In this document: piece by piece, positions 36,322 to 44,746 of the stretch
Position numbering within the stretch: position 1 is the first letter of the stretch
Layout: each line of letters begins with the position of its first letter
Program-made: the position numbers and the translations under genes
NCBI GenBank assembly: GCA_963718235.1
Contig: CAVQYR010000002.1
Span: forward strand, 525,454-589,453
Source: an uncultured Actinomycetota bacterium
GTDB taxonomy: Bacteria; Actinomycetota; Actinomycetes; JAHEKZ01
DNA: 64,000 nucleotides
Direction of reading: 5' to 3'
Notes under the pieces: generated by a model
Databases searched by the model: none
Seen by the model: only the letters and a program-made list of their open reading frames with translations
What the model was told of the DNA's origin: nothing

Positions 36322-37364
36322 GCAGCATCGAGGAGCGGCTTGCACGGGACATCGCGGCAGTAACCGGAGGTGTCGTCGTGACCGAGTCAGACCTGCACGA
36401 TGCGCGTGAGGTACTCGACGAGCGCATCGACCGCAAGCGCGTGCGCGACCGTGCTCGTACCGTCGGCGTTGCCGCCGCGGCCGCAGTTGTGGTCGCGATC
36501 GTTGGCGTCACGGCGTTCCAGACACTGAGCAACGAGGACGATCCGGCCCCTCCTGCCGACTCCGGGCCGACCACGCCCGTCGACCCTGAGGCGCGCTTCC
36601 TCACCGGGAAAGCCCCGACCCCGCAGCTCATCGAGGGAGTCTGGCGGGTGGACAACGGCACCCTGCTGCTGAGGTTCAGCAGCGACGGCACCGTCCAGCT
36701 CGACGACGGTGGACAGCTGTACTCCGACCCGCTCGCCTTCGGTACGTACGAGATCACCGATGACCTGATCACCGTCACTGTGGACGCCGGCACAGGCCAG
36801 TGTGTCGGCCAGACGTTCGCCATGCGCGCCTCCCTCCCGGAGTCTGGAGCCATGCGGTTCGTGCACACCCAGCCAGGAACGGGCACCTGCACCCCTGACC
36901 CGGTGTTGATCGATGCCGCCCCCACGGGGCCGCACACCGACGTGTGGTGGGTCCTGGAGCGGGTGCTGCCGACCAGAACGAGTGCCTGGCCACGCTTGAC
37001 TTCTCCAAGGAAGGGCCCTGGACGCGGCCGGCGGACAGGAGCGCCTTGTACGGCGACTGGATGGCCCAAGGGGGCGGACACCTCCTCGAGCTGGCACCGG
37101 ACGGCGACTACTCCGTCGCGAGCGAGTCCGGTGACCTGGTCGACCGTGGTCTGTGGGTGCGCCGCGGCTCGGAGCTGACCCTGACCAGCTCAGCCGCCTC
37201 CGGCGAGTGCGCCAAGGGGGACCGGCTCGTGTGGAGCGGACTGGAGCAGGCGTACCCGGGTACCACCACCATGCGCGGGACCGTCGTCGAAGACACCTGC
37301 GGCGGACCCTGGGCGTCCAAGAGCGTGGATCCTGCTCCCCCAAGAGCGAGACCAGAGTCGCTGA
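36318..37364 (+). CDS. anti-sigma factor-like single-pass membrane protein with a duplicated extracytoplasmic domain; apparent frameshifts near 36900-36950 and 37336-37340
   Basis: It has an N-terminal cytoplasmic segment and a TM helix (TVGVAAAAAVVVAIVGVTAF). The ectodomain repeat GVWRVDNGTLLLRFSSDGTV...GTGQC recurs in a different frame (ORF 36944..) as GDWMAQGGGHLLELAPDGDYSV...ASGEC. C/G homopolymers sit at both shift points. Confidence 0.5.
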
Positions 37365-37401
37365 CGGACTCCCTGATCCGTGGCCGCCGGGCCAGGTCTG
37401 C

Positions 37402-38160
37402 TCAGGCAGGGACCTGGCTCGACCGGCGCAGCGCGATGTCGCCGCTGACCGTGCGGACCTTGACGTCGAGCGCCACCGCGTCCGAGCCGAAACCTGCCGG
37501 ATCGTCCTCGAGGTCGAGGTCGGGGTTCATCGTCCCGGACAGGGAAGAGAGCTCGAGGTGCAGCCGCAGTCCGCGCTCGACCGCGAGGTCGACGTCGCCG
37601 GAGACGACCTGGATCGACGTCCGCCCGGCCCGCAGCAGACCCACAGCGACGTCACCGGACGCCGACTGGACGGTCAGGTCGCGGTCGGCCCGGCCGAGCT
37701 GGACGTCACCGGAGGCCGACCGGACGAGGACCGGCCCGGTCACGTGTTCGGCCTGCACGTCCCCAGACGCACTGTGCACGCGAAGCTCGCCGTCGACGGT
37801 GTCGACCTGCATGTCGCCGGACGCGGTGCTGACGGCCACCGACCCGACCCGGCCGTGTGCCTCGAGGTCCAAAGCCTCGCCCTTGAGCCGCAAGGCGGTG
37901 CCCTCCGGCACGACCACCACCAGCGACACCCCTGAGCCGAACCAGCCGAACCCGCGACGGCGGGGCTGGGTGATGCTCACGGTCTGGGTGCGTTCGTCGG
38001 CCCGCACGACCACATCGTTCGGGTCGCGCGCACCGCGGACGGTGACCTCGGTGCTGGGCTGGGCGTGCGTCGTGACGGTCAGGGTGCCGTCGGGCACGCT
38101 CACGGACAGCGTCCAAGGGCCGGTGGTGGGGAAGGTGACGGGGTCGAGGTCGACGGACAT
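37402..38160 (-). CDS. DUF4097 family beta-repeat protein (putative adhesin/stress protein)
   Basis: SASGDV/VSGDV repeats recur about every 20 aa. 252 aa. Confidence 0.8.
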   Translation of the reverse strand: MSVDLDPVTFPTTGPWTLSVSVPDGTLTVTTHAQPSTEVTVRGARDPNDVVVRADERTQTVSITQPRRRGFGWFGSGVSLVVVVPEGTALRLKGEALDLEAHGRVGSVAVSTASGDMQVDTVDGELRVHSASGDVQAEHVTGPVLVRSASGDVQLGRADRDLTVQSASGDVAVGLLRAGRTSIQVVSGDVDLAVERGLRLHLELSSLSGTMNPDLDLEDDPAGFGSDAVALDVKVRTVSGDIALRRSSQVPA

Positions 38161-38192
38161 GAGTGGCTCCGATGCGGTCAGAGAGGAAGGGC

Positions 38193-38657
38193 TCAGCTGC
38201 TGGCGTAGCCGCTGAAGTGGTTGCCGGTAACGGTTCGTCTGCGGGGGGCGCGGCCCTCCAGGGCCGAACGGATGGCCTGGACCAGCCAGGCGTTGGTCGA
38301 CTGACCGGTCATCGCCGCCGCCTGCTCGACTCCCGTCTTGAGCGCTTCGGGTAGCCGCAGGGTGATCCGGGCGGCCGAGCCGTCGTCGTCTGGGGTGGTC
38401 GGGGTCGGGCCGGACACCGTGGCGTCCTCGACGTACAGCAGGTGGACGTCGCGTCCGGCCAGGCGCAGCTCGACGTGGCCCTGCGGCACCTGGTCGGACA
38501 GCTCCAGCGCTGCGACGCCCAGGACGTCCATGACCTGCAGCTGGAGCGCGGGTTCCAAGGAGGCCAGCAGCCGGTGCACGGTCGCGGCGGTTGCCTCGTC
38601 GGGCGCCGCTGCCTCGAGTCGGGCGGACAGCTGCTGGACGTGGGGGGTGAGGTCCAT
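38193..38657 (-). CDS. hypothetical protein with a C-terminal ribbon-helix-helix (Arc/HicB-like) motif
   Basis: The C-terminal ARITLRLPEALKTGVEQAAAMTGQSTNAWLVQAIRSAL has the RHH pattern. It is the immediate upstream partner of the DUF4097 gene. Confidence 0.6.
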   Translation of the reverse strand: MDLTPHVQQLSARLEAAAPDEATAATVHRLLASLEPALQLQVMDVLGVAALELSDQVPQGHVELRLAGRDVHLLYVEDATVSGPTPTTPDDDGSAARITLRLPEALKTGVEQAAAMTGQSTNAWLVQAIRSALEGRAPRRRTVTGNHFSGYASS

Positions 38658-38663
38658 CGTGGG

Positions 38664-38798
38664 TCAGTCCTCGCTCCGGGGCTCGGGGTAGCGCACGTTC
38701 GTGACGCCGGGCCGCCGGGCGTCCCGGCCAGGGGCGTGGCGAAGGTTCGGACGGGTGGAGTGGTACCGGCGCATGTAAGAGTGGATCTGGGGGTCCAT
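38664..38798 (-). CDS. 44-aa small ORF with a strong SD
   Basis: A GAAGGAGG SD lies 4 nt before the ATG. It encodes MDPQIHSYMRRYHSTRPNLRHAPGRDARRPGVTNVRYPEPRSED and stops 6 nt before the RHH gene start. It is not in the ORF track. Confidence 0.4.
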   Translation of the reverse strand: MDPQIHSYMRRYHSTRPNLRHAPGRDARRPGVTNVRYPEPRSED

Positions 38799-38822
38799 GA
38801 CGCCTCCTTCGCAGTCAACAGG

Positions 38823-38860
38823 ACGTCTCACTGACATCCACATGACGTCACTATGACATC
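38823..38860. promoter_or_regulatory. operator-like cluster GACGTC / TGACATC / TGACGTCA / TGACATC upstream of the 44-aa ORF, RHH and DUF4097 operon
   Basis: gacgtctcacTGACATCcacaTGACGTCActaTGACATC lies directly 5' of the strong SD of the small ORF at 38798. Confidence 0.4.
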
Positions 38861-38897
38861 AAACCGCCGTCAGGTCAACCGCCGGGGCCGGCTCCGG

Positions 38898-39857
38898 TCA
38901 GGGGTCGTCGAGCAGTCGGTCGAGCAGGTCGTGGACGGCGGCGACCTCCGATCGGCTCCTGGCCCGCACCGCGCTCCACAGGGCGTGCTCCAGCGCGCGG
39001 GCCCTGACCCACGGCGCCAGCCTGACGTCGTCCGGCGGGTGCCCGTCCGGAAGGGTCCCGTAGGCGGCGACCGCGGCCGCACCGTCGTCCGCCGACGTGC
39101 TGCGCAGAGTCGCGAGGTCCCACTCGACGGGCGCCAGGCAACAGTCCTCGAGGTCGTTCCACACCAGGCGTCCGTCCAGCCGGAGGACGTTGCCCGGGTG
39201 GGCGTCGCCGTGGACCGCCTGCCACCCCGCCGTCAGCGGGTCCGACCCGGCTGCGGCCAGGAGGGGGGCGACGACCGCCTCGTGCGCCGCCCGCAGCCGG
39301 AGCTGCAGCTCGGCGGCGATCTCGCCGGTTCCGGACGTCGTGCTGAGGACACTCTCGAGGTCACCGGCCACCGGCGCGAGGTGCGGCAATTGGTCGGCCC
39401 AGGGAACGCCACGAGCCGCGGCGTGGAGCGCCCGCAGCGCCTGCGCCAGTCGGGCAGGTGTGGCGTCTCGCGGCGTAGGGACGGCTGCGGCCCGCCAGAC
39501 CGTGAGGGTCAGTCCGTCGACCTCGTGGGGGCCGGCCTCCAACCAGTCGCCGGGCCCGGCGGGGGGCACGACCGGACCGCCGCGCGCCACGAGCTCCCGA
39601 GCCAACGCGACCTCCTGGTGGATCCGCCAGGGGTTCTCCAGCCGCTGGCCGGCGAGCAGGTCGGTGCGCGACGGCGACCGTACGACCAGTCCCGCCCCGG
39701 TGCTCGGCCGGCCGTCGAGGGCCACGACGATGTTGGCCTTGGCGGACAGCACCCGAGGCTCGACTGCGGTGAGGCCGTGCCCGGCGAGGAACGTCCGAGT
39801 CGCGCTCAGCACCCGGGTCGCACGGGCCGCCCTACGCTCGTCGATCGACGCGGGCAC
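38898..39857 (-). CDS. phosphotransferase enzyme family protein (APH/choline-kinase-like)
   Basis: It has the Brenner motif HGDAHPGNVL and a DLATL segment. 319 aa. Confidence 0.75.
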   Translation of the reverse strand: MPASIDERRAARATRVLSATRTFLAGHGLTAVEPRVLSAKANIVVALDGRPSTGAGLVVRSPSRTDLLAGQRLENPWRIHQEVALARELVARGGPVVPPAGPGDWLEAGPHEVDGLTLTVWRAAAVPTPRDATPARLAQALRALHAAARGVPWADQLPHLAPVAGDLESVLSTTSGTGEIAAELQLRLRAAHEAVVAPLLAAAGSDPLTAGWQAVHGDAHPGNVLRLDGRLVWNDLEDCCLAPVEWDLATLRSTSADDGAAAVAAYGTLPDGHPPDDVRLAPWVRARALEHALWSAVRARSRSEVAAVHDLLDRLLDDP

Positions 39858-39998
39858 GGCACCACCTCATCGCATGGAGGTGGACGCTCAGGCCTTCGTG
39901 GTCTCAGGGTGTCTGGAGGACTCCCCGGCCACCGGCGATGCCCCGCCGATGGCCTCTGACCTGCGCATTCACCGTTGATCGGAGTTGGTCGCTGTTGA

Positions 39999-40032
39999 CT
40001 GCGGACGAGCCTACTGCGGACTCTCTGCGGAC
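39999..40032 (+). repeat. three direct CTGCGGAC repeats (spacing 15 and 11 nt) upstream of the DUF1905 gene
   Basis: gaCTGCGGACgagcctaCTGCGGACtctCTGCGGACtgg. Further downstream the hairpin GCGCGATcgagaATCGCGC abuts the SD and start of the 40147 gene. Confidence 0.4.
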
Positions 40033-40146
40033 TGGTTGAACGTGAAGGCGCGGGTAACGTCGGAGACGGAAGCGGGTCGGGGTGTCGAACCAACAGGGCG
40101 ACCCCCGGTCGTTGCGCGATCGAGAATCGCGCGAAGGATCGCGCCG

Positions 40147-40443
40147 ATGATTGAGGCGTCGTTCGTCGCCACGCTGGTGCGCCACCACGGAGAGGCCCCG
40201 TGGTTCTTCATCACGCTGCCCCTCGACGTCGCAGACGACATCCGTCATCGCGTGGAGCCGGTCGGGTTCGGCTCGGTCGCCGTCGAGGCCACGGTTGGGG
40301 CGACCTCGTGGTCCACCTCGGTCTTCCCCGACAAGAAGTCGGGCTCGTTTGTGCTGCCCGTGAAGGCCGCCGTGCGCAACCGGGAGAGCCTCGACGACGG
40401 CAGCGAGGTGCACGTCGGACTCCGGATCCGGACGGACCACTGA
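40147..40443 (+). CDS. DUF1905 domain protein
   Basis: I take the internal ATG at 40147, which has a GAAGGA SD. The 98-aa product is MIEASFVATLVRHHGEAPWFFITLPLDVADDI.... The listed ORF starts at 39985. Confidence 0.65.
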   Translation: MIEASFVATLVRHHGEAPWFFITLPLDVADDIRHRVEPVGFGSVAVEATVGATSWSTSVFPDKKSGSFVLPVKAAVRNRESLDDGSEVHVGLRIRTDH

Positions 40444-40486
40444 CGCCGGACCCACCGGTCTAGGGTCGCAAGGACGCACGACCACC

Positions 40487-40521
40487 GACCGGGGCAAGGC
40501 GGATTCGCTGCCCGGTCCGGC
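40487..40521. terminator. GC-rich hairpin between the convergent DUF1905 and TMEM175 genes (possible bidirectional terminator)
   Basis: GACCGGGGCAAGGCGGATTCGCTGCCCGGTC has outer arms GACCGG and CCGGTC. It has no strong U-tract. Confidence 0.3.
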
Positions 40522-40542
40522 ACTCGAAACCTCAGTCGACGG

Positions 40543-41157
40543 TCAGTCGAGCCTCCCCTCCTCAGCCAGCACTCTCTCGACGCGACGATCGGGAACCACC
40601 CAAAGAATCGCGACCCCGACGAAGATCGCGTAGGAGATCCATACCCAGACGAATGCGGCAGGGATCGCCACGGCGTAGCCCACGACAGAGAGCAGGCCCT
40701 TGGAGTCTCGCCCCATCGCACGCGCCGTCAGTGAGTCCTCGCCCTGGCTACTGATGATCACCCGGACGAGGAGGGTGTATGCGGCTCCAGCCGCGAACAG
40801 CACGACGCCATAGGCCGCAGCAGGGGCTGGGTCGCCCACGTTCTCGCCCATCCAGCTCGTGGCGAACGGGAACAGTGAGAGGCAGAACAGAAGAGCCATG
40901 TTCGCCCACAGGATGCCTCCGGTGACCCGATCCACTGTCTGCATCAGATGGTGGTGGTTGTTCCAGTAGATGGCGATGTAGAGGAAGCTCAGCAAGTAGC
41001 TGGCGAAGACGAGATGCGTTCCTCCAGCCCACAGGTCAGACAAGGACGCCGGTCGCCCCTCGGCGACCGGCGCTCTCAGTTCGAGCACCATGATGGTGAT
41101 GATGATGGCGAGCACACCATCGCTGAACGCTTCGAGCCGGGTCGACCGCATCGACAA
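40543..41157 (-). CDS. TMEM175/DUF1211 family potassium-channel-like membrane protein
   Basis: The signature is RLEAFSDGVLAIIITIMVLEL. It has 6 TM helices. Confidence 0.8.
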   Translation of the reverse strand: MSMRSTRLEAFSDGVLAIIITIMVLELRAPVAEGRPASLSDLWAGGTHLVFASYLLSFLYIAIYWNNHHHLMQTVDRVTGGILWANMALLFCLSLFPFATSWMGENVGDPAPAAAYGVVLFAAGAAYTLLVRVIISSQGEDSLTARAMGRDSKGLLSVVGYAVAIPAAFVWVWISYAIFVGVAILWVVPDRRVERVLAEEGRLD

Positions 41158-41264
41158 CCTCCCACCGGGCCGTCATGGACGCGACCAGGACGGGTAACGA
41201 CCAACGGCGGACCGAGCGGGCCTCCTGGGAGCGTTTCCGCAGGTCAGGAGGCCCGCGACGGAGC

Positions 41265-41663
41265 CTAGGCCTTCTTGGTCTCCCAGAAGATCTCGGCGAT
41301 CTCGTCGATCTTGGCGAGCAGCTGGTCGGCCACGGCGACGTCGGTGCTGCCCTTGGTCCCGCCCGCGCCGGCCAGCTTGGTTGCCTCGTTGAACAGCCCA
41401 CTGAGCTGGGGGTACTTCTCGAAGTGGGGAGGCTTGAAGTAGTCGGTCCACAGCACCCAGAGGTGCTCCTTCACCAGGTCGCTGCGCTGCTCCTTGATGA
41501 ACACCGCGCGCTGACGGAACTCCGAGTCGTCGCTGGCGTGGAACTTCTCCATGCAAGCCTTCACCGACTGGGCCTCGAGGCGTGCCTGGGCGGGGTCGTA
41601 GACACCGCACGGGAGATCACAGTGCGCGCTCACCTCGGCGATGGATCGGGCGAACCGACGCAT
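41265..41663 (-). CDS. sodN: nickel superoxide dismutase precursor
   Basis: The Ni-hook HCDLPCGVYDP follows a 14-aa propeptide (MRRFARSIAEVSA). An AAAGGA SD lies 8 nt before the ATG at 41663. Confidence 0.9.
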   Translation of the reverse strand: MRRFARSIAEVSAHCDLPCGVYDPAQARLEAQSVKACMEKFHASDDSEFRQRAVFIKEQRSDLVKEHLWVLWTDYFKPPHFEKYPQLSGLFNEATKLAGAGGTKGSTDVAVADQLLAKIDEIAEIFWETKKA

Positions 41664-41724
41664 GGGGGATCCTTTCGACGCAGACAGTAGGGATGTGAGC
41701 GACACTACCCCTGGCGAGGCGTCG

Positions 41725-42063
41725 ATGCATCGGGGAGGGCGAGCCGTGCCCAGCTGGTCTCTGGTGCGCGTCCGGGGTTCGTCGATGTCGCCGACGCTGG
41801 CCGACGGCGACATCCTGCTGGTCCGTGGCGGTGGACCGGGTCGGGTGGGCGACCTCGCCGTCGTGCGCCTTCCTGGTGGTAGGCCGTGGTCGGTCAAGCG
41901 CCTGGCGCGGCTGGACGGCGACGGTTGGTGGGTCGAGAGGGACAACCCCCGGGAGGGCGTGGACTCGTGGACGCTCGGTGTTCCCGTCCCAGGCGCCGAT
42001 GTGCTGGGCATCGCCCGAATGCGGGTCTGGCCCCGCCCGGGGCGCCTGCTGCGCCGCGCCTAG
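41725..42063 (+). CDS. sodX: S26-family peptidase, Ni-SOD maturation protease
   Basis: The signal-peptidase serine box is GSSMSPTLADGDILLV. It is divergent and adjacent to sodN. The start could be the ATG at 41725 or an upstream site. Confidence 0.75.
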   Translation: MHRGGRAVPSWSLVRVRGSSMSPTLADGDILLVRGGGPGRVGDLAVVRLPGGRPWSVKRLARLDGDGWWVERDNPREGVDSWTLGVPVPGADVLGIARMRVWPRPGRLLRRA

Positions 42064-42067
42064 TCCG

Positions 42068-43006
42068 CTAGCGAGTCACGTGAGCTCTGCGCTGAAGCCC
42101 GATCACGTTGATGATGAGGCGACTGATCGTGAGTGCCGTCAGGTCGCGGACGTCGAGGTGCGGCTGGTACTCCGTGACGACCAGGGCCGCCACCCTGTCC
42201 TGTCGGGCCAGATGGCGGAGTATCCCCCCGATCTCCGGGTAGGTCAGGCCACCCGGCTCGGGCCACCCCACCCCAGGGGCGATGCTGGGGTCCAGTCCGT
42301 CGCAGTCGATCGTGACCAGCCAGCGGTGGTCGGTCGGGAGTGTCTCCACGAAGGATGCGACACCGGTCTCGCGAAGCTCCCAGGCGGTCACGATCCGGTT
42401 GCCGACCTCGACGGCGTCGCGCAGGTCACCGGGCCGCGCGCTGCCGACGGCGCGTAGGCCGAGTTGGACGACGTGCTCGACGCAGCTGAGTTCGCGGATC
42501 CGACGAATGGGGCTGGAGTACCCATCACGGACCCCGTCGACCTCGTCACGGAAGTCGAGGTGTGCATCGACGTGCAGCACGTTGACCTGCTCGTGGCCTT
42601 CGAACGCTCGAGCGACCATCGGCGGGACGGAGTCGAGTCCACCGAGCACCAACGGGGTCCGTCCGTTCCTCACCAGCCGGCCCAGGACGTCGAGCGCGGT
42701 GTCCAGGATCGAGTCCGGATCGCGTACGTCAGCGACCACGTTTCCGCAGTCCGACACCGTCGGGACCCCGTCGGGGAAGAGCGGGCCCCCGAGGTCGAAG
42801 TCGTAGTGCTGGGCCAGCCGGCCGTACTCCATCCGATCGGTCAGCTCCCGGACAGCGTCCGCGGCGCCGGCGCTGACGACCAGGTCAGCCGGTACGTAGG
42901 GAGGCCCGAAAGGGATGCCGACATAGGCGTACGGCGTCTCGACCAGGTCGGGGTCCAGGACCACGGGGGCGTTGAGAAACGGCGTCGTGCCAGGGCTCAA
43001 GGACAT
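42068..43006 (-). CDS. arginase/agmatinase/formiminoglutamase-family ureohydrolase
   Basis: The Mn-binding motifs are HVDAHLDF, DCDGLDPS and a SxxxGGLT segment. I take the internal ATG at 43006 as the start. Confidence 0.8.
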   Translation of the reverse strand: MSLSPGTTPFLNAPVVLDPDLVETPYAYVGIPFGPPYVPADLVVSAGAADAVRELTDRMEYGRLAQHYDFDLGGPLFPDGVPTVSDCGNVVADVRDPDSILDTALDVLGRLVRNGRTPLVLGGLDSVPPMVARAFEGHEQVNVLHVDAHLDFRDEVDGVRDGYSSPIRRIRELSCVEHVVQLGLRAVGSARPGDLRDAVEVGNRIVTAWELRETGVASFVETLPTDHRWLVTIDCDGLDPSIAPGVGWPEPGGLTYPEIGGILRHLARQDRVAALVVTEYQPHLDVRDLTALTISRLIINVIGLQRRAHVTR

Positions 43007-43061
43007 GTGCAGCACCTCGGCGGAGTAGGGGCCTGTCGGGGGGACAGACGACCTGGTCGCA

Positions 43062-43829
43062 TCAGAGGACCTTGGACAGGAACTCCTTCGTGCGCTGGTG
43101 CTGAGGGTTGCTGAGCACCTGTCGGGGGTCCCCCGCCTCCACGACGATGCCCCCAGCAATGAGGACGATCTGGTCACCGACCTCTCGGGCGAACCCCATC
43201 TCGTGGGTGACCACGAGCATCGTCATGCCCGACAGAGCGAGGTCCTTCATCACGTCGAGGACCTCGCCGACGAGCTCCGGGTCGAGAGCAGACGTTGGCT
43301 CGTCGAAGAGCATGAGCTTCGGCTCCATCGCCAGCGCGCGGGCGATCGCCACCCGCTGCTGCTGGCCCCCGGACAGCTGGGCCGGATAAGCGGCCGGCTT
43401 GTCGGACAGTCCGACCCGGTCCAGGAGCTTCTCGGCTCGCTCGCGGGCCACCGACTTGGCTTCGTTCTTGACGCGCATCGGCCCCTCCATGACGTTCTGC
43501 AGCGCCGTCATGTGTGGGAACAGGTTGAACCGCTGGAACACCATGCCGATGTCGCGACGCTGAGAGGCGACCTCCTTGTCCTTCATCTCGTGCAGCTTGC
43601 CGCCGCGCTCCACATAGCCGACGAGTCGCCCCTCGACCGACAACCGACCGGCGTCGATCTTCTCCAGGTGGTTGACGCACCTCAGGAAGGTTGACTTCCC
43701 ACCACCGGATGGGCCGACGATGCACATGACCTCACGTGGAGCGACCTCCAGATCAATGCCCTTGAGCACTTCGACCTTGCCGAAGGACTTGTGCACGTTC
43801 TCTGCCTTGACCATGGCTGGTTCGGTCAT
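43062..43829 (-). CDS. polar amino acid ABC transporter ATP-binding protein
   Basis: Walker A is GPSGGGKST, the signature is LSGGQQQRVAIARAL, and Walker B is LMLFDEPTSALD. Confidence 0.9.
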   Translation of the reverse strand: MTEPAMVKAENVHKSFGKVEVLKGIDLEVAPREVMCIVGPSGGGKSTFLRCVNHLEKIDAGRLSVEGRLVGYVERGGKLHEMKDKEVASQRRDIGMVFQRFNLFPHMTALQNVMEGPMRVKNEAKSVARERAEKLLDRVGLSDKPAAYPAQLSGGQQQRVAIARALAMEPKLMLFDEPTSALDPELVGEVLDVMKDLALSGMTMLVVTHEMGFAREVGDQIVLIAGGIVVEAGDPRQVLSNPQHQRTKEFLSKVL

Positions 43830-44746
43830 GAGCGCCCCCTGGACAGCGACCTCTTGAGCCGTTGGATGGGCGTGGGCGGAAGGTTGCGCGTGGCCCCCTT
43901 GGCGTAGTGGCGTTCGATGTAGAACTGCCCGACCATCAGGATCGAGGTCAGGGCGAGGTACCACAGGCTGGCCATGATGGCCATGGGGAAGGGCTGGAAC
44001 AGCCGGTTGCCTATGGCTTGCGCTTGGAAGAGAAGCTCCGTCGACAGTGGGATGGCGATCACCAGGGAGGTGGTCTTCAGCATCGAGATCGTCTCGTTGC
44101 CCGTCGGGGGAACGATGACCCGCATCGCCTGTGGGAAGACGACACGACGGAAGCTCTGTCCGCGGCTCATGCCGAGTGCGGTCGCGGCCTCCGTCTGGCC
44201 CTCGTCGACGCTGAGCAACCCGGCCCGCACGATCTCGGCGAGGTACGCCGCCTCGTTGAGCCCCAGGCCGAGGAGTGCGGCGACGAAGGCCGGGATGAGT
44301 GTTCTCGTGTCGAACGAGAACCACTCTGGCCCGAACGGGATCCCCAGGGCGAGCTCGTTGTACAGGGCGATGAAGTTGCCCCACAGGAACAGCTGGACGT
44401 AGATCGGTGTGCCTCGGAAGACCCACAGGTAGACCCATGCCGACCCGGTGAAGACCGGGTTCGGGGACAGACGCATCACGGCCAGGATGACGCCACCGAC
44501 GATGCCGATGATCATCGACAGCACGGTCAGCGTCAGAGTGATCCCGACGCCCTTGATGATGGGCTCGGCGAACATCCACTCGAAGACGAGCCCCCAGTTC
44601 CAGTTGGGGTTCGTGAGGATGCTGTGCACCAGCATCGCGAAGAGCAACGCGATGAAGGCCCCACCGACCCAGCGCCAAGGGTGCCGAACCGGAATGGCCT
44701 CAATGGCCTCGGGCCGTTGTGGTTCGGTCGTCACCGGCGCGGTCAC
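43826..44746 (-). CDS. amino acid ABC transporter permease
   Basis: The EAA-like loop is NEAAYLAEIVRAG. It has TM helices and is 4-nt coupled to the ATPase gene. Confidence 0.85.
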   Translation of the reverse strand: MTAPVTTEPQRPEAIEAIPVRHPWRWVGGAFIALLFAMLVHSILTNPNWNWGLVFEWMFAEPIIKGVGITLTLTVLSMIIGIVGGVILAVMRLSPNPVFTGSAWVYLWVFRGTPIYVQLFLWGNFIALYNELALGIPFGPEWFSFDTRTLIPAFVAALLGLGLNEAAYLAEIVRAGLLSVDEGQTEAATALGMSRGQSFRRVVFPQAMRVIVPPTGNETISMLKTTSLVIAIPLSTELLFQAQAIGNRLFQPFPMAIMASLWYLALTSILMVGQFYIERHYAKGATRNLPPTPIQRLKRSLSRGRS

